This document shows, piece after piece, positions 8,166-16,052 of a DNA stretch of 43,146 bases; position 1 is the stretch's first letter; each line of letters opens with the position of its first letter. Below the pieces are notes generated by a model. That model did not search any database. It worked only from the letters and a program-made list of their open reading frames with translations, and was not told the DNA's origin. The position numbers and the translations under genes are program-made. Location of the stretch: the IMG/VR virus record IMGVR_UViG_3300031760_000155; one strand, 5' to 3'. The stretch comes from a virus.

Positions 8166-8959
8166 TAGATGGCCTCCTGCTCTTCAAGGCCACCGCCCAT
8201 TAGGTCGCGCTGCATAACCGCCTCTGTTTCCGCTTTGTCGTAGCGTCCCTTTAGCGCGTTAAGCTCTTCCACGATGTGCTCCTTTGCACCCGCTATGCAC
8301 TTTGTCAGGTTGTCAGACAAGATGTGCATCACGTTAATTCTGGCATCGTTTCCGCCTGCCAGGCTAACGGCTATCACCTGGTCGCATACCGCTTCCGGCA
8401 CGTCTAGCAGTTGGTTCATAAGGCCGTCCATGTAGCCAAAGACGCGCTGGACAACAAAGTCCTTTGGGATTTGCAGCAGGCGGCGTTCCTGTGTCTTCTG
8501 CTCGCGTTCGTCTGCCGCGGAAAGGTCGCGCTGTATCTTGGAAAATTGCTCCACGTTGTCCAGTGTACTGAATGAGCGCAACAGCTGCCGGATTGTCATA
8601 TCCATCATCAGGCGCGGTTTGTTTGGCGATGCCATGAGCCTCTTGCGCTCTTCTGTTTCTGCCGGGCCTGTCTGCTTTTCCTGTAGCGGTTGCATAGCAA
8701 TTTCTTGCGCCTGGAAATCTTGCCCAGGTTCAAAGTCTAGGCCGGATGCAACGGCTGCTTCTATTTTTTGAGTTCTTAGCTTTGTTTTTATTTTGTCCTG
8801 CTTGCGCTCCAGGTATGCGCGGTTCTTTGGATTGTCCGTGTCCAGTTTGCGGCCATTCTTTCCGCAATCCCTAACCAGCGTGCCGTCTTTTATTTTTTTG
8901 CACACCATCATGGCCGACACGCCGCACATCCGCGCAAAGTCCGATGCAGATACTTCCAT
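8165..8959 (-). CDS. terS: Putative terminase small subunit (N-terminal HTH)
   Basis: First gene of the late block, upstream of terL. N-terminal HTH-like segment SASDFARMCGVSAMMVCKKIKDGTL. Confidence 0.55.
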   Translation of the reverse strand: MEVSASDFARMCGVSAMMVCKKIKDGTLVRDCGKNGRKLDTDNPKNRAYLERKQDKIKTKLRTQKIEAAVASGLDFEPGQDFQAQEIAMQPLQEKQTGPAETEERKRLMASPNKPRLMMDMTIRQLLRSFSTLDNVEQFSKIQRDLSAADEREQKTQERRLLQIPKDFVVQRVFGYMDGLMNQLLDVPEAVCDQVIAVSLAGGNDARINVMHILSDNLTKCIAGAKEHIVEELNALKGRYDKAETEAVMQRDLMGGGLEEQEAI

Positions 8960-9495
8960 AGCGAAAATTTAAACATAGTTTATTCGTTTTCGCTAGGTTA
9001 TTGGAAAAAAAATAAACTCTTGTTTAAACTAAGGGTATGAGCGACAAAACGCACCCGCCGCCGAATAATTGCACCCCCGTATAGGGGGCTGGCAGTACCT
9101 TTTAACTTTTTACTATATATAGAGATAGACCTTTTTTAGTTCTTGTAACGTAACATTTTGTAACAATCTAAATCTTTATAATACAATGAATTACACGATT
9201 TTGTAACATTTCTAGGCATGTTTCATATCAATATGTACAGAAAAAAATTTTTTAAAAAGCCCGGAAAAAAGCTTCCAAAAACCCTTTAAAAAAATTTTTT
9301 TTTGTGTTTTTCAAATTAAACTCTTTAATTTATGTTACAATATTTTTACTTATTTCTTTATAATATAAAGAAATATAAACTTGTAACAATAAAAAACAGT
9401 AAAATGAGCAAAAAATAAAATTTTTTAAAAGAGGAAAATTTAAACTTTTTAACCGGAAAAATGAGCGCAAAAAAATTTTTTATTTTTTTTCAAAA
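8960..9495. promoter_or_regulatory. AT-rich 536-bp non-coding region between int and terS (candidate cos/pac plus late promoter region)
   Basis: Five TTGTAAC(A) copies at 9143, 9159, 9201, 9381 and inverted at 9333. A 10-bp inverted repeat TTTCTTTATA-A-TATAAAGAAA at 9353-9373. A CCCCC-GTATA-GGGGG hairpin near 9075-9089. Confidence 0.5.
8986..9000 (-). promoter_or_regulatory. AATAACCTAGCGAAA box (copy upstream of terS)
   Basis: Minus sense AATAACCTAGCGAAA, 26 nt upstream of the terS ATG. Identical 15-mer at 41869-41883. Confidence 0.6.
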
Positions 9496-10626
9496 TTAAT
9501 CAAATAAATTTTCTACGGCGGTTTTGGTATCTTTGATTCCGGCAAGACCGTCTTCTATGGAGGCGCGGGTGTAATATTCCGTCATTTTCTCCGCCGCATG
9601 CCCCACAAGCTTGCGAACAGTATCAACAGGCAGGGTACGGCGCATCTTGGTCACGTAGGTGTAGCGCAACGAATGGGGGGTGAGTTTCCGACCGTCAAGG
9701 TCTATGCCAGCTTTTTCCAGAGCCTTTCTAAAAATCGTTTCAAGATACTCTTTGCGCATGGGCTTATTTTCATGTGTGAAAATGAATTGCTCCGCGTCAA
9801 TGCCCCTTTTTTGAATGTAATTTTCAACTAAACCGCACACGCGCTCAGGCAATAAAACGATGCGGAACTTGCGGTTTGATTCGTTGCCGGATTTGTTAAA
9901 GTCTGTCCGCACGTTGTCCCCGCGCATAAAACCGTCAATAACAAGGGCTTTGTCCGCAAGCAAAAACTGCTTAGGCCGTAACGCGCGAGCCTCACCCAGC
10001 CGCAACCCCGCAAAGGCAGACACAAGAAAAAGTAAATAAACCGTTTCCGCATCCACCGCAAAGCCCTGGAAGTTTTCAGGCACAAAAAGCCGCTTTAGTT
10101 CGCTGGAGCTGAATATGTCGGTCTTGCCCTGGGCACGAGTAAACGTAGGAAATATAGGCAAAGTCACCTTAAGCCCTTGCCATGCTGCCTCGTCGTAAAT
10201 CTCATAGAATACGGTGATGTAGTGCTTTTTCCAGCTGCCGGAACGGTCAACGCCAAGAAGGTAGTTGCCCACATCGCTAACTTTAATGTCGCGGATGTCG
10301 TAACTGCCCCATTTTTCAATGATTTTTTCTAAGTAGGTACGGCTTTCCTTTAGTGTTGATTCAAGCACCCCGCGCCCAAAGGCAGCACGGCGCTTGACGT
10401 GGTTAGAGCCTGGAAGGAACATGTCCCTTGCTATCTCGCGGATTGTGGCAACTTCCCTGTTGATTGGTGGCAATGCGCAAACAAAGGCCCATGCCTCGGC
10501 CTTGTTTTGACAGCCTTTGCAGACCTTTTGAATCTGCTTGCCGTCTTTGTAAAACCAATAGTACCAACGCTTTACGGTCTTTTTGCCCTTGCCAACCGTT
10601 TTTTTTTGGAAGATGTTATAGTCCAT
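9496..10626 (-). CDS. int: Tyrosine integrase with N-terminal arm-binding-type domain
   Basis: Catalytic signature AGLRLGEARAL, HSLRYTY, GHAAEKMTEYY (R, H-x-x-R, Y). N-terminus KRWYYWFYKDGKQ resembles arm-type DNA-binding domains. Confidence 0.9.
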   Translation of the reverse strand: MDYNIFQKKTVGKGKKTVKRWYYWFYKDGKQIQKVCKGCQNKAEAWAFVCALPPINREVATIREIARDMFLPGSNHVKRRAAFGRGVLESTLKESRTYLEKIIEKWGSYDIRDIKVSDVGNYLLGVDRSGSWKKHYITVFYEIYDEAAWQGLKVTLPIFPTFTRAQGKTDIFSSSELKRLFVPENFQGFAVDAETVYLLFLVSAFAGLRLGEARALRPKQFLLADKALVIDGFMRGDNVRTDFNKSGNESNRKFRIVLLPERVCGLVENYIQKRGIDAEQFIFTHENKPMRKEYLETIFRKALEKAGIDLDGRKLTPHSLRYTYVTKMRRTLPVDTVRKLVGHAAEKMTEYYTRASIEDGLAGIKDTKTAVENLFD

Positions 10627-10653
10627 TATGGCACTCCCACCAGCGCGGCATCT

Positions 10654-11091
10654 CTAGGCAAGGCGCGTCTTGACTTTGGCGGCATCATCTGCCGCGTATA
10701 GACCTGCTAGGAAGTCTTCCAGCCTTAGCCTGTTTCCAGCTGAAAGCGCATCGTATTTGCGGGCAACTTCCATTGCAGATGAACTAACTTCCGGCGCAAA
10801 TTCCTTGCCGGTAATAAGCCAGTCACAAGAAACGCCCATGGCATGGGCAAGAAGAAGGATATTTTCGCCCTTGGGAAGACCGTCTGATTTACGCCACCCA
10901 AAATAAACAGCTTCAGTCCATTTGTTTCTTGAAGCTTTTTTCATTAACAATTCAAGTGTAGTTTTTTTTTCTTTGCACCACGTTTTCACACGATTAAAAA
11001 ACTCTTCATGAATTTCGATTGTTTCCATGCTTTGTATTTTAGATATTTTTTGACAAAAAGCTATCATTTTTGCTAATTTTTCACTTGACAA
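10654..11091 (-). CDS. CI-like repressor (XRE-type HTH); start uncertain
   Basis: LLLAHAMGVSCDWLITGKE is the end of an XRE HTH. Divergent from the Cro-like gene. The track start is TTG; in-frame ATGs lie at 11067 and 11028. Confidence 0.7.
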   Translation of the reverse strand: MSSEKLAKMIAFCQKISKIQSMETIEIHEEFFNRVKTWCKEKKTTLELLMKKASRNKWTEAVYFGWRKSDGLPKGENILLLAHAMGVSCDWLITGKEFAPEVSSSAMEVARKYDALSAGNRLRLEDFLAGLYAADDAAKVKTRLA

Positions 11092-11160
11092 AATAGCAAA
11101 TGTGATAGTATTATCATTTTAAGAACTTGCAAAAACGATAGTTTTGCATAAAAATTTATG
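11069..11160. promoter_or_regulatory. Immunity switch: divergent promoters and operator-like repeats
   Basis: Rightward TTGACA (11085-11090) and TATTAT (11109-11114). Leftward TTGCAA-16 nt-TACTAT on the minus strand. Inverted TTTGCTA/TAGCAAA (11069-11075, 11094-11100), TGATA-GTAT-TATCA (11103-11116), and TATCATTTT twice. Confidence 0.5.
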
Positions 11161-11193
11161 GGGTCGCGATTCGCTACCCCATCGGGAGGAATA

Positions 11194-11367
11194 ATGGAAA
11201 ATCCAATTTCTGAAAAATTGTCAGTTTCCATCCCTCTTACTCCACAAGAGCGGCAAGAATTTGACCGTTATTGTTTTGTGAAAGGAGTTAAAAGGGGTGG
11301 TTTTTTGCGAAAAGTAATTCTTGAAGCAATCAAAGAAACAAAACAGGAGGCAGAAAATGAAAAATGA
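11194..11367 (+). CDS. Ribbon-helix-helix (CopG/Arc-like) Cro-type regulator, 57 aa
   Basis: GGGAGGA SD before the ATG at 11194. KLSVSIPLTPQERQEFDRYCFVKGVKRGGFLRKVILEAI has the RHH pattern. Confidence 0.65.
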   Translation: MENPISEKLSVSIPLTPQERQEFDRYCFVKGVKRGGFLRKVILEAIKETKQEAENEK

Positions 11368-12214
11368 ATTAGCAGTAAGGTCATGGGCTTATGACGATAA
11401 TTTAATTCGTACCGTCAAATTAAATGAAGAGGCATGGTTTGTCGGAAAAGATGCCGCAAAAGCTTTAGGTTATACAAACACCCGTGATGCTTTGGCAAAT
11501 CATGTTGACGAAGAAGACAAGAATACCGTCGCAATTCGCGACGTTTTAAAACGCGAACAAAACACAACCATAATAAATGAATCGGGTCTTTATTCCCTAA
11601 TTTTCGGTTCAAAACTCGAAACCGCCCGCCAGTTTAAACGCTGGGTAACATCCGAAGTCCTTCCCGCCATCCGCAAGACAGGAAGCTACACAAAGCCAAC
11701 AAACGAAGCCGAGAGAGCACAGAGGTATCTGCACCAGACAAACGCAAACACTAAAGGACTTCATGCGGAATCGGGCATCATCGGACAGCAAATCCGCCTG
11801 CTTGACCGCGTGGAACGCCTGGCAGACCGCGGCCTAATCAAAAAAGAATCATTCCTTTCAGTTGTCGAGGCATTCAACGCCAGGGCAAGAACCTTGGAGC
11901 CTCTTGTAAACATCCGCGAAAAGGAAATCGAAGAAAACGCAAAAATCATGGCCTTTGTCTCCGAGCGTCTCTATGTCACAGGCAGCGACACAGACTATCT
12001 GGATGCAGACATGCTCTATGTGCTCTATATGGACAACACGGACGGAGAGCTTGTTAAGTCGCTCACATTCAAGACGCGCATGGAAGCACTCTTCCCTAAT
12101 GTCCGCTATGCAATGAAGGAAGATCACGGCATCCTTGAACAGGTGGTTTATGGCATCCGGCTTAAGACTGCGGGCAAAAATAAAAGCCTTCCAGTTACCA
12201 CACTGGAAGGCTAA
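11357..12214 (+). CDS. Antirepressor, Bro-N domain plus C-terminal domain
   Basis: WFVGKDAAKALGYTNTRDALANHVDEEDK...ESGLYSLIFGSKLETARQFKRWVTSEVLPAIRKTGSY is a classic Bro-N domain. AGGAGG before the ATG at 11357. Confidence 0.85.
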   Translation: MKNELAVRSWAYDDNLIRTVKLNEEAWFVGKDAAKALGYTNTRDALANHVDEEDKNTVAIRDVLKREQNTTIINESGLYSLIFGSKLETARQFKRWVTSEVLPAIRKTGSYTKPTNEAERAQRYLHQTNANTKGLHAESGIIGQQIRLLDRVERLADRGLIKKESFLSVVEAFNARARTLEPLVNIREKEIEENAKIMAFVSERLYVTGSDTDYLDADMLYVLYMDNTDGELVKSLTFKTRMEALFPNVRYAMKEDHGILEQVVYGIRLKTAGKNKSLPVTTLEG

Positions 12215-12299
12215 CGTCTCGCTCTTGATGGAGGAGCAAAAATAAAAAGCACCATGTTCATAATAGCACGGTGGCAATAAAAAAGCAAGAGGGGATTTT

Positions 12300-12629
12300 A
12301 TGACAGAAGAAGAATTCAACATAAAGACCATAAGGACGCAGCTTGACTACTTGGTTAGCCAGGTAGAAAAGCTTCCTTGGCAAGCTCCAAAGGAAGCGGA
12401 AGACCTTCCCGAAAACGTGACGCTTGAACTTGCGGCGCGTCACAAGGGTGGCTGCTCTTTTGCAACCTACAAGACCCGCGCCTTTCTCCAGCCGTGCGGG
12501 GGAACGAACAGCCACCGTGTGGGCGGGCGCAAATGCTGGAAGCGCAAGGACGTACTTGAATGGCTGACCGTTGACGATGCAGCCCTTCCAGAGTACCTTA
12601 AGCGGTTCGGAGTAGCAGTCAAGAAATAA
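12300..12629 (+). CDS. Putative excisionase-like / HTH_17-type DNA-binding protein
   Basis: C-terminal VGGRKCWKRKDVLEWL resembles the GGR-W-(R/K)-x-D-(V/L)-x-x-W(L) signature of Xis/AlpA-type proteins. Confidence 0.4.
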   Translation: MTEEEFNIKTIRTQLDYLVSQVEKLPWQAPKEAEDLPENVTLELAARHKGGCSFATYKTRAFLQPCGGTNSHRVGGRKCWKRKDVLEWLTVDDAALPEYLKRFGVAVKK

Positions 12630-12895
12630 TGGGTAGGCAGTACAAGCGGCGGGAGGGCAGCTGGAACATGATGCCCTGCATGATTGATGGAATTCTCTAC
12701 AAGAGCCTTTTCACCTTGGCGATTGACTTTGAATTCTCTTATTCTACCCTGCGCTTGAAGCTCGCAAAAAGAAACGGTGCGCCGGTCCCCTATTCCGGCC
12801 ATGTGGTCTGCACCGCAGAATGGTTTGAAAGCCACAAAGACTTTGACTTTAATAACTTTAACCCCGCCGGGGGCAAAGCCGGCAAGGAGCAGTAA
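12629..12895 (+). CDS. Hypothetical protein (possible small DNA-binding protein)
   Basis: ORF with ATGA-type coupling on both sides. IDGILYKSLFTLAIDFEFSYSTLRLKLAKRNG resembles a NUMOD-like HTH. Confidence 0.5.
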   Translation: MGRQYKRREGSWNMMPCMIDGILYKSLFTLAIDFEFSYSTLRLKLAKRNGAPVPYSGHVVCTAEWFESHKDFDFNNFNPAGGKAGKEQ

Positions 12896-13347
12896 TGAGC
12901 GACACAAACATCGTGTGCATTAAGGGACGCTTAACAAAAAGCGCGGAACTTAAGTACACGCAAAACCAGAAGCCTTTTGTGAGCTTCTCTATTGCAGTTA
13001 ATGAATCCGTTAAAGACGGCGCAACAGGCGAATGGTCAAGCCGTGCAAATTATTTCGACGTAACCGCCTGGGGAAAGTACGGAGAGGCAGTTGCCAAGTA
13101 CATGACCAAGGGGCGCGAAATTCTGATTGGCGGACACTTGCGACAAGACCGATGGACAAACGCAGACGGCAGCACAAAAAGTCGTGTGGGAATTATTGCC
13201 GACAACTTTGAGCTTTTGCGCGAACCAAAAGGCAGCAATCCTGCTTCACCTAATGAAGCACCCCAGCAAACACCACCGCCGGACGATGCGCCAAGCTTTG
13301 GCGAGTTCCCGCCACCAGAGGGCAACCCGGACACAATCGTTTTTTAA
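12895..13347 (+). CDS. ssb: Single-stranded DNA-binding protein
   Basis: OB-fold N-terminus (IKGRLTKSAELKYTQNQKPFVSFSIAVNE...FDVTAWGKYGE...GHLRQDRW), Pro-rich linker, and C-terminal tip PDTIVF. Confidence 0.9.
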   Translation: MSDTNIVCIKGRLTKSAELKYTQNQKPFVSFSIAVNESVKDGATGEWSSRANYFDVTAWGKYGEAVAKYMTKGREILIGGHLRQDRWTNADGSTKSRVGIIADNFELLREPKGSNPASPNEAPQQTPPPDDAPSFGEFPPPEGNPDTIVF

Positions 13348-13368
13348 TTCAATGACAAGGAGCATAAA

Positions 13369-14091
13369 ATGAAAATCACCATAACAAACGGAAAAGGCGG
13401 AACAGGAAAGACAACGCTTAACACGTTCCTTGCCTTTACCCTATTCAGCAGGGGCAAAAAAGTCCTGCTCATAGACCTAGACCCTAACTGCTCGCTAAGC
13501 GAAGTAATGGGAAAAATTCTTCTGCCGGAAAATTCAAAAGTGCTTTTGACCGGGCGCGAGGTAAAGCCCTACACCCTAAAGCAGACCGCAGAAGGTGCGA
13601 CACTTGACTTAATCCCATCCGACCTTGAGATGGACATGCTTGCCAACATCACCGACATGCAGTTAAAGCTACAGCTTAAAAAACAGGGCTTTGAGCAAAA
13701 ATATGACTACATCATAATTGACCCGCCGGGAACATGGAACGCCCAGACGCGCAACGCGGTCTTTGCAGCTGAAAGCGTCGTGGTTGTGGGCAAGTGCTCA
13801 CCGCTTGACTTTGCAGCAACTTCCAACTACATGCAGAAGCTTTCCGACTGTTGCCTTGACGCAGATGTAACCGTCGTATGCAATAGCTACAACCCCTTGG
13901 GCGACCCGGACAACATCTGGCAGCAATACAAGGACACATTCGGCGACTACCTCTTGCCCCAGGCAATGCCAAAGCTTAACAGCTTAAAGCGGTTCATGTT
14001 CAATCCCGATTACCACATCCGCGCAGACCTAGCGGAACGATTGGAGCCTTTTATTAAGGCGGCAACATTAGAAAACGGAGATGCAAAATGA
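13369..14091 (+). CDS. parA: ParA/Soj-family partition ATPase
   Basis: Deviant Walker A NGKGGTGKTT, LIDLDPN, IIIDPPG. Confidence 0.85.
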   Translation: MKITITNGKGGTGKTTLNTFLAFTLFSRGKKVLLIDLDPNCSLSEVMGKILLPENSKVLLTGREVKPYTLKQTAEGATLDLIPSDLEMDMLANITDMQLKLQLKKQGFEQKYDYIIIDPPGTWNAQTRNAVFAAESVVVVGKCSPLDFAATSNYMQKLSDCCLDADVTVVCNSYNPLGDPDNIWQQYKDTFGDYLLPQAMPKLNSLKRFMFNPDYHIRADLAERLEPFIKAATLENGDAK

Positions 14092-14300
14092 GCGAAAACA
14101 CATACAAATGGAAAAATTCCAAAAGAGCGATACCGGAAGAAAATAAAGACCTTATAGCCTGGACAAAAGACAGGGGCTTTTCCAAGGCTAAAAGGTCAAA
14201 AGAAGGAAAATGGACGCTGTCAAACCATGACGGCCAAGACCGGTACATGGACGATGAGGGCGTCTGGTGGTGCGAAATTAAACCCCCATTCATGAAATAG
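14088..14300 (+). CDS. Hypothetical 70-aa protein
   Basis: ATGA coupling to parA; no motif recognised. Confidence 0.55.
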   Translation: MSENTYKWKNSKRAIPEENKDLIAWTKDRGFSKAKRSKEGKWTLSNHDGQDRYMDDEGVWWCEIKPPFMK

Positions 14301-14317
14301 AAAACGGAGGAACAAAA

Positions 14318-14716
14318 ATGATGAAAACTATCAAGATTGACAAAACCCGCTCTTGTACGGTAGACACAGAAAAGACAACTATCTATCCGAGTGTGGAAGC
14401 ATGGCAAGCAGAAGCAGAAAAACGCTTTGGAAAAGATTATATGAATTGGAAATTCCAGTGTCCGATGTGCGGACATATTGCTTCTATTGCCGATTTCAAG
14501 GCAGCAGGGGCAAAATCACCGAATTGCGCTTATCAAGAATGTATTGGACGATACACGGGTAAAGGCAGCCCAAAAGAAGGCGATTCATCAGGATGCAACT
14601 GGGCAGCATACGGATTATTCGGCATACCAAACGGAAAAAGTGTTTTCGTTATGACTGGCAACGAAGAAGGTCAAGAAATTTTTGATTACGCGCCTGCGCA
14701 GGGAGAAGAAAAATGA
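14318..14716 (+). CDS. Cys-rich (zinc-ribbon-like) hypothetical protein
   Basis: FQCPMCGH ... CAYQECIGRY ... SGCNW. GGAGGA SD upstream. Confidence 0.55.
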   Translation: MMKTIKIDKTRSCTVDTEKTTIYPSVEAWQAEAEKRFGKDYMNWKFQCPMCGHIASIADFKAAGAKSPNCAYQECIGRYTGKGSPKEGDSSGCNWAAYGLFGIPNGKSVFVMTGNEEGQEIFDYAPAQGEEK

Positions 14717-15795
14717 AACTTCAAAGCAACAACGCCAGCCACGTCAAAGTCCCGCTCGAATGCCTGCGCATAACAAGCAACGTGCGCCTTAACTTTGACG
14801 AAGAGCAGATAAAAGAACTGGCTGTTTCCATAAAGGAAAACGGCCTAATCAATGCCATCACGGTTAAGCCGCCTGTAGAAGAAAACGGCGTAAAATACTA
14901 CGAGGTCATAGCAGGCGGAAGGCGCATCCGTGCCCTAAAATGGCTTTGCGACCACGGGGACGATTTTTCTATGGTTGACTGCAAGGTGTCAAACGGCGAT
15001 GCCTGGACAATCCAGATGATAGAGAATATCCAGCGTGCAGACCTTTCCCCGCGCGAAAAGGAAAGTGCCCTTGCCCTTGCCCTTGAAAACGGCCTTACCC
15101 AGACGCAGATAGCAGACCGCCTTTCAAAGCCAATCTCTTGGGTATCGGACACAATGGCAGGTGCAAAAGTCCGCCGTGTGGCAGATGCACAGGGGCTTAA
15201 GACAGATGAAATTAGCACAAAGACGCTTTCTCAATTAAGGTCAATTCCAGACGCAAACCTTCCGGAAGTTCTTTCCCGCCTTGTAAGCGAGGGGGGCTCA
15301 TACCGTACCGCCACAAGGCTTGCCCAGGAATGGAAGGCAGAGCAAGAGGCAAAGGCATACGGTCAAAAGCCCTTCTTTGCTCCAGAGGCAATTTCTAACG
15401 CTAGTAGTCCAAAAGAAGACCCTGTAATGGAAAGGCAGCAGATCCGGGAAACAGAAAAAGAAGAAGAAGATGCCTTTGCAATGGTAGAGCATGAAAGACC
15501 GCAGGAAGAAGAAGCAACCTGTTCCAAATTGGAAACAGTTGCGCCAGATCCAGAAGTAAAGACGCGGGAAATTGTCAACAAGCCCGATTGTTTTATCTGG
15601 GAAATAAGCAACGAACTGGACATGGAAGCGGCGATACTTTCACTTAGAGACAAAATAAAAAAGATGCCGCAAAACACCAAGCTGTGCATAAAAGACTGCG
15701 GGCGTGTTCTTACCATTTCCGGCATTGAATACAGGCCTGGAACAGACGAACTGGTCTTTATGTCTCAAACGCCAGATGCGAGGGTGCTAGGCTAA
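14713..15795 (+). CDS. parB: ParB-like N-terminal domain protein (partition / nuclease-like)
   Basis: ENGLINAITVKP...YEVIAGGRRIRALKWL is the ParB box (GxRRxRA). Acidic C-terminal half. Follows parA. Confidence 0.8.
   Translation: MKLQSNNASHVKVPLECLRITSNVRLNFDEEQIKELAVSIKENGLINAITVKPPVEENGVKYYEVIAGGRRIRALKWLCDHGDDFSMVDCKVSNGDAWTIQMIENIQRADLSPREKESALALALENGLTQTQIADRLSKPISWVSDTMAGAKVRRVADAQGLKTDEISTKTLSQLRSIPDANLPEVLSRLVSEGGSYRTATRLAQEWKAEQEAKAYGQKPFFAPEAISNASSPKEDPVMERQQIRETEKEEEDAFAMVEHERPQEEEATCSKLETVAPDPEVKTREIVNKPDCFIWEISNELDMEAAILSLRDKIKKMPQNTKLCIKDCGRVLTISGIEYRPGTDELVFMSQTPDARVLG
15392..15407 (+). promoter_or_regulatory. 16-bp near-palindrome TTTCTAACGCTAGTAG (copy 3 of 4), inside parB
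   Basis: Encodes ISNASS. Its reverse complement matches copy 1 at 15 of 16 positions. Confidence 0.75.
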
Positions 15796-16052
15796 TGGCA
15801 AAAGGTGACTGGCAGTACATGGCAAGCGAAACGCTCAAACAGACCATCGCATTCGACAAGAAAAGCGGCTGGCTCTTTTGCCAGGACGGGACGCGCTACA
15901 GTCCGCAGGAACTGGCAAAGATAACCAAAAACTGGACACAGGCAATCGACTTCCCGCTGCAAGTCCACCTTCTAAAAAAAGAATTTGGCGGCGAAATTGA
16001 ATTTGTGGGAGAAAAAGCTCCTGTTTCAGAAACGGGGCAAATTAGAAAATGA
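15795..16052 (+). CDS. Hypothetical 85-aa protein
   Basis: Coupled ORF (TAATG) between parB and the primase gene. Confidence 0.55.
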   Translation: MAKGDWQYMASETLKQTIAFDKKSGWLFCQDGTRYSPQELAKITKNWTQAIDFPLQVHLLKKEFGGEIEFVGEKAPVSETGQIRK

